From positions 704,001 to 768,000 of the forward strand of contig CP166615.1 of assembly GCA_041937175.2 (NCBI GenBank): a stretch of DNA of 64,000 nucleotides, written 5' to 3'. The notes beneath the pieces were generated by a model. It saw only the letters and a program-made list of their open reading frames with translations. It did not search any database and had not been told where the DNA came from. The position numbers and the translations under genes are program-made. The DNA comes from Limnothrix sp. BL-A-16. GTDB taxonomy: Bacteria; Cyanobacteriota; Cyanobacteriia; CACIAM-69d. Below, one piece after another: positions 20,526 through 30,831 of this stretch. Each line of letters begins with the position of its first letter. The first letter of the stretch is position 1.

Positions 20526-21107
20526 ATGGCGAACGGAACGCTAACGGTATTAACAGGCCCCAGCGGCGTGGGCAAGGGCACATTGGTGAAGCTGTTACGC
20601 GAACGCCATCCCGATTTGTATTTATCCGTTTCTGCCACCACTCGATCGCCCCGTGATGGCGAAGTGGACGGGCAGGATTATTTTTTTGTGTCGCGCGATC
20701 GGTTCATGGCCATGGCCGAAGCCGGTGACCTGCTGGAGTGGGCCGAGTTTGCTGGGAACTGCTATGGAACCCCGCGCCAACCGATCGTGGAGCGTCTGGA
20801 TCGGGGCGAGCAGGTGTTGTTGGAAATTGAGTTAGAGGGAGCACGCCAGGTCAAGACCACGTTTCCCGAGGCGTTGCGGGTGTTTGTGTTGCCGCCGTCG
20901 CTGGATGAGTTGGAACGACGGTTGCGATCGCGTGGCCAAGATGCTGAAGCGGCGATCGAGCGGCGTTTGGCCCGGGCCCGCGAAGAGGTGGCCGCCGCCG
21001 ATGAATTTGATCAACAGGTGGTGAACGACGACCTAGACAAGGCGCTGATTCAACTGGAAGCGATTATGTTCTCCCCGATCGCAACCCCTGCGGCTGACGA
21101 AAGCTGA
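20526..21107 (+). CDS. gmk: Guanylate kinase
   Basis: [34 protein letters not shown] and LEIELEGA. Confidence 0.96.
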   Translation: MANGTLTVLTGPSGVGKGTLVKLLRERHPDLYLSVSATTRSPRDGEVDGQDYFFVSRDRFMAMAEAGDLLEWAEFAGNCYGTPRQPIVERLDRGEQVLLEIELEGARQVKTTFPEALRVFVLPPSLDELERRLRSRGQDAEAAIERRLARAREEVAAADEFDQQVVNDDLDKALIQLEAIMFSPIATPAADES

Positions 21108-21207
21108 TTAAACCCGGCCAAAGCCAGTTCCCAGACTTTTCGCGAACCGAAATCATGGGTTTTTGGGGCCTGTTTTCATTGCCCCAATCGTCGTAGCAAG
21201 GGGCTTG

Positions 21208-21385
21208 GGGCCTGTCGTCATTTCCATCTCCGTAGGGGTTGGGTCTCCCAACCCTAACCCGGGCGATCGCCACAACCCTGGCCAACACCAAGGATCACGG
21301 GAACTGGGTGGGGAAACCCCGCCCCTACGACTGATTGGTTTGAAGAACGAGGTCATCAGGGTTTGGGTGATTTGACGACGGGCCC
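21208..21385. mobile_element. MITE-B variant (178 bp) containing an inverted GTAG-type REP pair
   Basis: TIR GGGCCTGTCGTCA / TGACGACGGGCCC; internal GTAGGGGTTGGGTCTCCCAACCCT (21232) and GGGTGGGGAAACCCCGCCCCTAC (ends 21328). Confidence 0.82.
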
Positions 21386-22773
21386 TAATCTTCCGGGAGG
21401 TCATCCCGTTCCAGGTCATAGAGCACCTTCTCCAAATACCAATCCTCATCCATGTTGGGATAATGTTCGCGGGCCCGATCGAGCAGGGTTTGCGCGATCG
21501 CTTCCTGGCCGCCAACCCGCCCCAACAGCCGCTGCCAAAGGGGATTTTGGGCTTTTTGGGGCAACCCCGGAGACAAGTTCACCGGCTGTTGCAACATCTT
21601 GAGCTGTTCCAAGGTGGTGCGATAGCGTTCCCAGTCGTTGCGATCGCAAAACAAGCTGGCGGCGGTTTGGTAGTCCTCGATCGCCTGCTTCAGGTTTTCT
21701 TGGCGAACGGCCGCTTGGGCCCGCAACAGCAAAATGGCGGGTCGATCGCCCCCCAACTCCAACGCTCGGTCATAGTCCCCGATCGCCGCGCTGTAATTTC
21801 CCAGTGCCTGTTGGGCATCGCCCCGAGCCATCCACAGCAGCGGATTTTGGTCATCTTGGGCCAAAGCTTGGTCTAAATCTGCCAACGCCCCCGCCCGATC
21901 GCCCATTTCCAGCCTGGCCCTGGCTCGGTAACGGTAGAGCGTGGCATCAGCCCCACCCCCTTGAATCGCCCGGTTGCAATCCGCGATCGCCCCTTGCCAG
22001 TTGCCTTGCTTAATGCGCACCGCTGCCCGACAAGCCAGCGCCTTTGGATCCTGTGGATCCAACTTCAGGGCCCAATCTAACTCCGCGATCGCCCCCTGCA
22101 CATCTCCCGACTCCGCCCGGTTCAAAGCCTGGGCATAAAAGGCTTCTGGGCGCATCATTGCGCCCACGGGTGCGCCCGCATTGGGTGTACCTGTATTGGA
22201 CGTGCCCGTACTGGACGTGCCCGTGGTGGTGGCCTGCAAACTGGCCAACGTGGGCGGTGCATTAAATGGTGGCAACGGTTCCGTCAGCACGGGCGGACTG
22301 GCGTTGGGTTGTAGCTGTTTCAGTAAATCCAAACATTGCCGGGCCCCCACGGGATCCCGGCGATCGAGATAAAGCTCCGTTGCCTTGCGTAGGCTGACGA
22401 TCGCGGCGGCCAGATCTCCTCGTTTGCGCAGGGCCGTTGCCTTCAGTTGGTGGGCCGCTGGATTTTGAGGATTGAGCTGAAGCAGGCTGGCTAAATCATC
22501 CAACGCCCCATCAAAGTGATCCAAAACCACACGAACCAAGGCTCGGCCATAGAGAGCCGGTTGATAATCGTTGGCCAGTTCGATCGCCCGTGAATAGTCA
22601 AAGGCGGCCTGTTGCAACCGGCCCATATCAAAATAGGCCAAACCCCGCCGGTAATAGGCTTCAGCCCAATGGGGATCCGCCGCAATGGCTTGGTCAAAGC
22701 AAGCGATCGCCGCTGCTTGGTCGCCTTGCTTTGCCTGCTCGATGCCCTCCCAAAAGGCCGCATTATCAGTCAT
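21385..22773 (-). CDS. Tetratricopeptide repeat protein
   Basis: Two blocks of TPR motifs separated by a Pro/Thr linker; C-terminal WYLEKVLYDLERD. Confidence 0.88.
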   Translation of the reverse strand: MTDNAAFWEGIEQAKQGDQAAAIACFDQAIAADPHWAEAYYRRGLAYFDMGRLQQAAFDYSRAIELANDYQPALYGRALVRVVLDHFDGALDDLASLLQLNPQNPAAHQLKATALRKRGDLAAAIVSLRKATELYLDRRDPVGARQCLDLLKQLQPNASPPVLTEPLPPFNAPPTLASLQATTTGTSSTGTSNTGTPNAGAPVGAMMRPEAFYAQALNRAESGDVQGAIAELDWALKLDPQDPKALACRAAVRIKQGNWQGAIADCNRAIQGGGADATLYRYRARARLEMGDRAGALADLDQALAQDDQNPLLWMARGDAQQALGNYSAAIGDYDRALELGGDRPAILLLRAQAAVRQENLKQAIEDYQTAASLFCDRNDWERYRTTLEQLKMLQQPVNLSPGLPQKAQNPLWQRLLGRVGGQEAIAQTLLDRAREHYPNMDEDWYLEKVLYDLERDDLPED

Positions 22774-23492
22774 CACGCCGCCTCGCTGATCACATACCGA
22801 CCGCCATCATTAGGGCAATCCTAGCAATTGGTAGAGAGCTTGCGGTGATTTGTATCAATCCATACGGATTTTGAAGCAAACTTCCTCGAATTTCCGCCTC
22901 CAATTCCTCATCAATAGGGCTAATCATCGACAGCCCTTGATGAAGACCGGGCCAACTCACTCATAATGAATGCGGAGCTGTGGATTGCTGGTTAATCCTG
23001 CCGCGCTGCGCCTGGCCACTCGGCTTGGTGGTTGCTGCAAGCTGTCTACCGCTCGATTCATCCGACAGTTGATCCAGCAGTCCATCCGGTAATCCAGTTG
23101 GCGATTCAATTCGGCGATTCAATGGGGATTCAATAACGAGCACCTCAGTTCGTGCCTCTAGTCGGAGATCTGGAGATCTAGTACATCGGGAAATGCATCA
23201 GGCAACCCATCAGGGTCTTGGGATGAATGGGTTAGGATCAGGTGATCGCGCGGCTCTGTGCGGCGATAAACAGCCCTAGCACTGTTTGAGTACTGATTTT
23301 GGATATTAATTTGGATATTAGATTTGGATATTAGTCATGATCAACTAGCCCCAAGCTGCCCGCCTACTCCTTAGCGATCGCTGGGGACGTTGCTCATGAC
23401 CAGCCAGCCCCATCGGCCCAAACACTGCATCACGGCTGCCGAAAACGATTCAAACGATTTCACTGATTCAGGCGTTTGCTTTTTCCTATCCT

Positions 23493-25823
23493 GTGCTTGA
23501 TTCTCACCAAATTATTCCCGCTGTCCGTTCCCTGTCCCTGGGCGAAGCTGGCTACCTGGCGGCAACGCAAGCGCTGGTGATTTCAGCGGACAAAACTATC
23601 GCAGACATGGTGCAGCATCTTCAGGGAATTCACCCATCGCAGATTGCTGAATCACAATTGATTGTGCTGGTGTTGCCGACGGCCCAGGGCGAGAAGCCGA
23701 TCGGGGTGCTGACGGTGAGCGAGCTGGCCTGGGCCGTGGCGACCCAGCGGGAATTGGCCACCTCTGCCCTCATGAGCCTGGCTAGACCGCCCGTGACCTT
23801 GCCCGCTCAGACCAATTTGCAAACCGCTTGGGACACGTTTCAGGCTCAAAAATGCTCCTGGTTAGTGTTGCTAGAGGAGCAGGGAGTTTTTGCGGGGGTC
23901 ATTTCCCGCACTGCCTTGTTGGAAGCGGTGGTGGAACGGGGCGGCCTGGCTGGTCAGTCGTCAGAATCAACCCCAGAATCAGACTATTCCCCGCTAATTT
24001 GTTCGCAGCCGGTGCATGGCTACTGGTCCGCTGGTTTGACTCATTTCCTGGGACAAGTGGGCGATGGGGTTGCCCAAGTGGTGAACGATGGGGTTTGGGA
24101 ATGGAACCTAACGACCGATCGCCTGGTGTTGTCGCCTCGGTGGAAGGCCCTGTTGGGCTATGGCCCCTCGGAGTTGGCCGATGAGTGGGCCACTTGGGAA
24201 CAGCGGTTGATCGAGGAAGATCGATCGACCCTGAGCAATTTGCGGCAGGCGGTGCAGGTGAACCAGGCCAACTGCATTCAACTGATTCAGCGGTTTGAGC
24301 ACCGCAACCAAAATATTGTTCATGGCCTGGTGCGGGCGGTGCGCCACAGCGCGGTCAATGGGGATGATGTCCTTTGGGGAGTTCTGACGGACATTAGCGA
24401 GTTGGCCCGTACCCAACAGGAACTGGCGGATATTCTCGACAGCTCGATCGATGGGATTGCTGCCCTACGCACGATCCGCAACGGAGCCGGGCAAATTGTG
24501 GATTTTTTGTGGACGGCGGTGAACTCCTCCGCAGAAATGGTGCTGGGGCGATCGCGCAATCAACTGCTGAACCGACAACTGCTCGATCAAGTACCCCTTG
24601 TGCGCCAAGACGGCCTCTTTGAAGCCTATGTGCGGGTGGTGGAAACGGGCCAGGCCTTCAGTCGATCGCTCCGAGTCACCCAATCGGATGGCCGCGATGC
24701 TTGGTTGCAACTCACGGCGGTGAAATTAGGCGATGGTCTGACCCTGACTTTTCGGGATGTGACCCAAACCAAGCAGGCCGAACAGGTGCTTCAGGAAACC
24801 AATCAACAGCTAGAGCGTCGCATTGAAGAACTGAAGTTTCGCAACCGCGAAATGGCCCTGCTGAGTGAAATGATTGATTTTCTTCAGGTTTGCGTGACCG
24901 TGGAGGAAGCCTACACGGCCGTGGCCGATCTGGTGCAAGCGCTGTTTCCCGGCTGTTCCGGGGCCCTGTTTACCCTGGAATCGACCCGCGTGGCCCTGGA
25001 GGCGGTGGCCACCTGGGGCCCTGACCCGATCGGGGAAACCCTGTTCTATCCCGATGATTGCTGGGCCCTGAGTCGTGGCCGCATCCATTGGGCCGAACAC
25101 AAACACACGGGGTTGCTCTGTCGCCATGCCCACCCCCTGGGCCCCCAAGCGGAATCCCTTTGTTTGCCGATGATGGCCCAAAGCGAAACCCTGGGACTGC
25201 TGTATCTTTGCACCCCGCAACACGATTCCCTTTCGGCTCCAAAACAACAGCTCGCCCGCACCGTGGCGGAGCAGGTGGCCTTGGCCATTTCCAACCTGCG
25301 ATTGCGGGAAACCCTGCAACAACAAAGCATCCGCGACCCGCTCACCGGCCTCTATAACCGACGCTATTTGGAGGAAGCCCTGGAGCAAGCGGTTTGTCGG
25401 GCCCGGCGCGATCGCTCCCCGATCGGGGCGATCATTTTGGACATTGACCATTTCAAACAATTCAACGACACCTTTGGCCACGATGCCGGAGACTTGGTGT
25501 TGCAGGAAGTGGCGCAATTTCTGCAAAGTCGCATCCGAGGCTCCGATATTGCCTGTCGCTATGGTGGCGAAGAAATGACGCTGATTTTGCCCGGAGCCAC
25601 CCTCGAAGAAACGGTGCAACGGGCGGAGGTGATGTGCCAAGAGCTGAAGTATTTGTCCTTGCGTCACGGAGGGCAAACCCTGGGCGCAATCACGGCCTCC
25701 TTTGGAGTGGCCAGTTTTCCGCAACATGCGGTTACTGTGGCGACCCTTTTGCAAGCGGCCGATGCCGCTCTCTATCAAGCGAAATGGGCCGGGCGAGATC
25801 GAGTGGTGGTTGCCCAAAGCTAA
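23493..25823 (+). CDS. Diguanylate cyclase (CBS-PAS-PAS-GAF-GGDEF)
   Basis: RDPLTGLYNRR, DIDHFKQFNDTFGH, RGSD I-site and YGGEEM; PAS motif DGVWEWNL. Confidence 0.92.
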   Translation: MLDSHQIIPAVRSLSLGEAGYLAATQALVISADKTIADMVQHLQGIHPSQIAESQLIVLVLPTAQGEKPIGVLTVSELAWAVATQRELATSALMSLARPPVTLPAQTNLQTAWDTFQAQKCSWLVLLEEQGVFAGVISRTALLEAVVERGGLAGQSSESTPESDYSPLICSQPVHGYWSAGLTHFLGQVGDGVAQVVNDGVWEWNLTTDRLVLSPRWKALLGYGPSELADEWATWEQRLIEEDRSTLSNLRQAVQVNQANCIQLIQRFEHRNQNIVHGLVRAVRHSAVNGDDVLWGVLTDISELARTQQELADILDSSIDGIAALRTIRNGAGQIVDFLWTAVNSSAEMVLGRSRNQLLNRQLLDQVPLVRQDGLFEAYVRVVETGQAFSRSLRVTQSDGRDAWLQLTAVKLGDGLTLTFRDVTQTKQAEQVLQETNQQLERRIEELKFRNREMALLSEMIDFLQVCVTVEEAYTAVADLVQALFPGCSGALFTLESTRVALEAVATWGPDPIGETLFYPDDCWALSRGRIHWAEHKHTGLLCRHAHPLGPQAESLCLPMMAQSETLGLLYLCTPQHDSLSAPKQQLARTVAEQVALAISNLRLRETLQQQSIRDPLTGLYNRRYLEEALEQAVCRARRDRSPIGAIILDIDHFKQFNDTFGHDAGDLVLQEVAQFLQSRIRGSDIACRYGGEEMTLILPGATLEETVQRAEVMCQELKYLSLRHGGQTLGAITASFGVASFPQHAVTVATLLQAADAALYQAKWAGRDRVVVAQS

Positions 25824-25859
25824 AAGCTGCAACTCAAAACTCTCATCGGATCGCAAATT

Positions 25860-26180
25860 TCAATAGAAAATTGCCAGCCAAATGGTTTCCACATCCGGGT
25901 CAGTCCAAGCAACCCGGTGTTTCTGGTGAGCGGGAATATTGAAATAGTCACCAGGCTTTAGCTCAACTACGCCCTCCGGTAGTTCCAAATGGGCATGACC
26001 TTGCAGCACCAAAACCCACTCGGATTGCGCTTGGTCATACCAAAAGTCGGGATCCGATCGATGTCCTTTCGATAAAATTCGCTCAATTTTGATCTCGGGC
26101 GTTTGCAAAATCGTTTCAAAGATTTCCTCGGGCAGCTCGATCGGGAGATTTTGGAAGAGGTTATTGGTAAAGGAGGTCAT
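25860..26180 (-). CDS. Small cupin-domain protein
   Basis: IERILSKGH, WYDQAQSEWV and IPAHQKHRVAWT. Confidence 0.85.
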   Translation of the reverse strand: MTSFTNNLFQNLPIELPEEIFETILQTPEIKIERILSKGHRSDPDFWYDQAQSEWVLVLQGHAHLELPEGVVELKPGDYFNIPAHQKHRVAWTDPDVETIWLAIFY

Positions 26181-26315
26181 TTTGAGATCTGCTATATTTT
26201 TCAATGTTCAGAATTGAGAAATTTCGTTCAGTTCAAGAACTCGATCTGAAATCTGAAATAAATCTCTAAAAATCTGAAATGAATCTCTAAATTTATGAGA
26301 ATTGATGAATCGCGG

Positions 26316-27335
26316 CTACATTAAAAACTCAGCTAGGGTTTTCAGATGGTCACTGGCGGCCGATACTGCGATCGGCAATCGATATCCTCCACCATGACAA
26401 GACAGCACTGGACAATGAAAACGATGCGCAGCTTTTAAGGTGATCTTCGTTAGTTGCACAAAGTCTTCATTCGTCCAATCGGTTGTATCTTCTCCGCAAT
26501 CCTTTCGATGTGCGTCATATCCCGAGAAGATAGCGATTAAATCGGGTTTCCAAGGTAAATGATTTAACTTGTCCCGGAATACTTCAATGCTGCTCTGTCC
26601 TTCATAAAATTCACCACCCAAGCCATCTTCTGCAAGAGCAGCGCGTGGAAAATTCTTAGGAATAACTGGAATATTGCAATGACCCACGCGATCGGCTTGT
26701 TCCGTAGTTCCCCACTGAAGGCCAGAAGCCTTGGCCATGTAAATATCTACAGTACTATGAATACTAATACAATAAACAGATGAGTCATGGCTGAAAATTT
26801 CTTGAGTGCCATCACCATGATGAATGTCCCAGTCAATGACAACGACTTTGGCAAAACCATTCAGTTGGGCATAGCGTACTGCTGCCGCTAAAGGATTAAG
26901 TAAACAATATCCATGACCCCATTCACGATGGGCATGGTGACCAACCATACTAAAGCAATAAGCTCGCTGAAGAATGCCCTGTTTCATCCGATCAATGGCC
27001 TCTAACATACCGCCCAAACCATATAGATAGCCTGGAATTGCATACTCAAGTCCTTGACAGTCAGAACCAATGGCTGGTAACGAAAGACTGGTCTGATCCA
27101 ATGGGCGATCGAGCGCTTTCAGAATTAGCTTTTTCAGATAGGCCTGACTATGAACACTGGCATAGTCTGTTAACTGAGCTTTCCTAAGGGGCAAGGACTG
27201 ATATTGTGAACAGATTTGAGCAAGGGCTTGGCAAACTTGCCGATAATAAGGTAATGAATATCTGCCGAATGTAATATCTTCGAGTGGCTTGGACAGGTTG
27301 AACGATTGAAGATGAAGATAGGTTGCGAAGCTCAT
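26316..27335 (-). CDS. Histone deacetylase-family Zn amidohydrolase
   Basis: GHHA...GYC, IDWDIHHGDGTQ, SGYDAH and GGGY. Confidence 0.9.
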   Translation of the reverse strand: MSFATYLHLQSFNLSKPLEDITFGRYSLPYYRQVCQALAQICSQYQSLPLRKAQLTDYASVHSQAYLKKLILKALDRPLDQTSLSLPAIGSDCQGLEYAIPGYLYGLGGMLEAIDRMKQGILQRAYCFSMVGHHAHREWGHGYCLLNPLAAAVRYAQLNGFAKVVVIDWDIHHGDGTQEIFSHDSSVYCISIHSTVDIYMAKASGLQWGTTEQADRVGHCNIPVIPKNFPRAALAEDGLGGEFYEGQSSIEVFRDKLNHLPWKPDLIAIFSGYDAHRKDCGEDTTDWTNEDFVQLTKITLKAAHRFHCPVLSCHGGGYRLPIAVSAASDHLKTLAEFLM

Positions 27336-27799
27336 CTTTGTTTATGATTGATGAACGTGGTTAACGAATAATGTAAGCCAATAAAATAAATTGAATAAAT
27401 TTTGAATTTGAAATTAAGATTAAAAAATAAAATTAGTCTAAAATTTGAAGAGTCAATATTAAACAGAGTCAATATTAAACATTGATTGACTTCTACTAAA
27501 TCAAAAAAGCTAAATCATGATCCTGATAGATCACTTGGTCTAACCTGATTACCCTTGTGATTTAACAGCAGACTATAGAGATGGTAGCCTACTTGCCTTG
27601 AGCTTTGGGCAAATATTACGGGCTTCTAGGGATTAAACGCAGTCATTGCTCGATGGTTATGTTAAAAATAACTACGGCGAGTCTGGGATGAGCCAATGAT
27701 TTTTGTGCCCAAGACCATCAATAATTTGCCAAGCTGGCTCAAATTGTTCAATTTGTCAGCAATTTTTCGCTAGTCCATCGTAGTTAGGGGCAATCCACC

Positions 27800-30460
27800 A
27801 TGTCGCGGAACCGGTTTTTGGAAGCATTTTGGGGTTTGAGTGCAGATGAAGCGCGATCGTTTCAACTTCCCGGAGCCAAGCCCCACTATCTTCCCGATCG
27901 CCCGGTGCGGACACAACATGTGGCCCTTGATTTGGTGTTGGACATTCCCAATTGTCGGGTAGCGGGAACCTGCTCGATCGACCTGTTGCCCGTGCAAGAT
28001 GGGGTCGATCGCCTGGAATTAGATGCGGTGGCTATGCAAATTCAAGGGGTTCGGGTGGGCGAAGCTGCCCAGCAATTTGAATATGATGGCGAGCAGTTAG
28101 CGATCACTCTGTCGGAGCCAACCCAGCGCGATCGTGCCTTCAAATTAGTCATTGACTATCAATTAGATCGTCCCCAACGCGGCATTTACTTTGTGCAGCC
28201 CACGGCGGACTATCCCAATAAAAATGTGCAGGTTTGGACCCAGGGAGAGGATGAAGATTCTCGCTTCTGGTTCCCCTGTTTTGATTTTCCAGGACAACTC
28301 TGCACCTCGGAAATGCAGGTGCAAGTGCCCAATGGTTTGCTCGTACTCTCGAATGGAGAGCTGATTAATCAGACAACCAAGGGCAAAACCACCACTTACC
28401 ATTGGCATCAAAAACAGCCTCATCCCATTTATCTGTTTACTCTGGCCGTGGGAGATTTTGCAGAGATTAAAGATGAGTGGCGCGGCCGACCTGTGAGCTA
28501 TTACACCGCTCAGAATCGGGCTTCGGAAGCCCAGCGCACCATGGGCAAAACGCCCGCGATGATGGATTTTCTCAGCGAAAAATTTGACTATGACTATCCC
28601 TATAGCAAGTATGGGCAAGCTTGCATGGAGGATTTCATTTTTGGAGGCATGGAAAATACCTCCATGACCCTGTTAACCGATCGTTGCTTGTTAGATGAAC
28701 GAGCCGCGATCGATAATCGCAATTCTGAAGCTTTGGTGGTTCATGAGCTGACGCACCAGTGGTTTGGTGATTTGCTGGTCATTAAGCATTGGTCCCATGC
28801 TTGGCTGAAAGAAGGCATGGCCACCTATTCCGAAACCCTCTGGACTGAGCATGAATATGGATCGGAGGAAGCAGCCTATTATCGCTTGGGTGATCAGCGG
28901 GCCTATTTAGGGGAAGATCGGCGGCGCTACCGACGGCCCATGGTGACCCATGTTTATCGCGAGCCGATCGAACTCTACGATTGCCATACCTATGAAAAGG
29001 GCGGCTGTGTTTATCACATGCTGCATCAGGAATTGGGCGATGATTTGTTTTGGAAATCGATTCAAACATTTGTCAAAAATCACGCCTTTGGTGCTATCGA
29101 AACGATCGACCTCTTGCGAGCGATCGAACAGGCAACGGGTCGAAATTTGTTGTTTCTGTTTGATCAGTACGTGTTTCGGGGAGGTCATCCTGATTTCAAA
29201 GTTGCCTATAGCTGGGATGGAGAAAATAAGATTGCAAAATTGACCGTGACCCAAACCCAAGCCAAGGAAGGGGATTTGGAGACGCTGTTTAATTTGAAAA
29301 TTCCAGTGTCCTTTGCGACCCTCAGCAGTGAAGCAGCCAGCCCTGCTCCGAAATCGAAGAAGTCGAAAAAAGTAGCGGCTCCCGCCCCTAAGGTCACGTT
29401 CAAAACCGTGAAGCTGGCCATTCACGATCGGGAACAAACCTTCTACTTACCCTTGGAGCAAAAACCAGATTTCGTCAGTTTTGATCCGGGGAATCATTGG
29501 CTGAAAACGGTGGAGCTAGATTATCCGCTGCCGGAATTGAAAGCCCAATTGCAGTTTGATCCTGACCCGATCGCCCGAGTATTTGCGGCGAAAGCGATCG
29601 CCCAGAAAGGCACGCTGGAGGCCTTGAATGCTTTGGCCCAATCCCTGACGAGCGATCGCTTTTGGGGGGTGCGTGCCGAGGTGGCAGAAAATCTGGCCAC
29701 CATCGGTTTAGATGGGGTGTTGGCTGCCCTGAAGCCGGGGTTGAAGGATTCGGATCCCCAAGTGCGTCGATCGGTGATTCAGGCCATTGCCTCCCTCAAA
29801 ACCGAAGCAGCTTATTCAGCGCTGGAGTCGATCGCCAAGAAGGGCGATGCCAGTTACTACACCGAGTCGGCGGCCTTGGCGGCCATCGGGTCGATCGCGG
29901 CGGCCCAGCCGGCCTTGGTCGATCGGGCGATTGCGTTGCTCAAATCGGCCCTGAAAAAGCGATCGGGCTGGAATGAAGTCGTTCGTTCCGGGGCCGTCAG
30001 CGGCCTAAGCGCCCTCAAGACCTCTGCCGCCGCCCTGGATTTGGTGCTGGAAACCAGCCAACCGGGCATTCCCCAGGCCCTACGCTTAGCGGCGATTCGG
30101 GCCCTGGGCGCGGTGGCTAACGGCCAAGAAGCCCCAGCGGTCGATCGGGTGTTGAATGCACTGCAAACCTATGCCCGCGAGAGCTTTTTCCTCACCCAAG
30201 TGGCGGTGGTGGTTGCCCTAGGACAAATGGAAACTACCAAGGCGATCGGGATTTTGCAAGGGTTGGCCAGCCAGTCGCCCGATGGCCGCGTGCGCCGGAT
30301 GGCGGAAGAGGCCGTGAAGCGAGTGCAGCACAATGCGGGTTCCGATCGCGCCTTGGATCAGGTGCGCCAAGAGCTAGATCAACTGAAAAAAGACAACCAA
30401 ACCCTGCGATCGCGCCTGGAAGACTTGGAGGCAAAATCAAAACCGCAACCCGCGAGCTAG
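27800..30460 (+). CDS. pepN: M1 aminopeptidase N with C-terminal HEAT repeats and coiled coil
   Basis: GGMEN, HELTHQWFG...WLKEG and YEKG. Confidence 0.92.
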   Translation: MSRNRFLEAFWGLSADEARSFQLPGAKPHYLPDRPVRTQHVALDLVLDIPNCRVAGTCSIDLLPVQDGVDRLELDAVAMQIQGVRVGEAAQQFEYDGEQLAITLSEPTQRDRAFKLVIDYQLDRPQRGIYFVQPTADYPNKNVQVWTQGEDEDSRFWFPCFDFPGQLCTSEMQVQVPNGLLVLSNGELINQTTKGKTTTYHWHQKQPHPIYLFTLAVGDFAEIKDEWRGRPVSYYTAQNRASEAQRTMGKTPAMMDFLSEKFDYDYPYSKYGQACMEDFIFGGMENTSMTLLTDRCLLDERAAIDNRNSEALVVHELTHQWFGDLLVIKHWSHAWLKEGMATYSETLWTEHEYGSEEAAYYRLGDQRAYLGEDRRRYRRPMVTHVYREPIELYDCHTYEKGGCVYHMLHQELGDDLFWKSIQTFVKNHAFGAIETIDLLRAIEQATGRNLLFLFDQYVFRGGHPDFKVAYSWDGENKIAKLTVTQTQAKEGDLETLFNLKIPVSFATLSSEAASPAPKSKKSKKVAAPAPKVTFKTVKLAIHDREQTFYLPLEQKPDFVSFDPGNHWLKTVELDYPLPELKAQLQFDPDPIARVFAAKAIAQKGTLEALNALAQSLTSDRFWGVRAEVAENLATIGLDGVLAALKPGLKDSDPQVRRSVIQAIASLKTEAAYSALESIAKKGDASYYTESAALAAIGSIAAAQPALVDRAIALLKSALKKRSGWNEVVRSGAVSGLSALKTSAAALDLVLETSQPGIPQALRLAAIRALGAVANGQEAPAVDRVLNALQTYARESFFLTQVAVVVALGQMETTKAIGILQGLASQSPDGRVRRMAEEAVKRVQHNAGSDRALDQVRQELDQLKKDNQTLRSRLEDLEAKSKPQPAS

Positions 30461-30738
30461 GGCCCGTCGTCATTTCCTGGGATTCAATGAGAACGGTTGA
30501 TCTTCCATCCCCTAACCGCCCTAAACAAGGGGCTTAAGCCCCTTGTCCCCCACGATCTGCTAACGGCAGATCATGGGTTGCGGGTTAAACGATGACCAGT
30601 CCTCAGCCCCTTGTCCCCCACGATCTGCTAACGGCAGATCATGGGTTGCGGGTTAAACGATGACCAGTCCTCAGCCCCTTGTCCTCCACGATCTGCTAAC
30701 GGCAGATCATGGGTTGCGGGTTAAACGATGACAAGCCC
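30460..30738. mobile_element. MITE-B with its right half tandemly triplicated (68-bp unit)
   Basis: Left TIR GGGCCCGTCGTCA; palindrome at about 30526; units start at 30537, 30605 and 30673, with a partial fourth at 30741. Confidence 0.88.
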
Positions 30739-30831
30739 TAAGCCTCTTGCCCCCACGATCTGCCAACACCCCCCACGATCCGCCAACAGGGGAATCAGGG
30801 TTGCAGTCCCGTTGCAGGGCCTTCAGACCGC

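Noticed and set aside
30537..30810. Possible CRISPR array (also 32658-32820 and 12921-13131)
   Set aside because: Units repeat in full with no unique spacers; no cas genes; the sequences derive from MITEs or a gene end.
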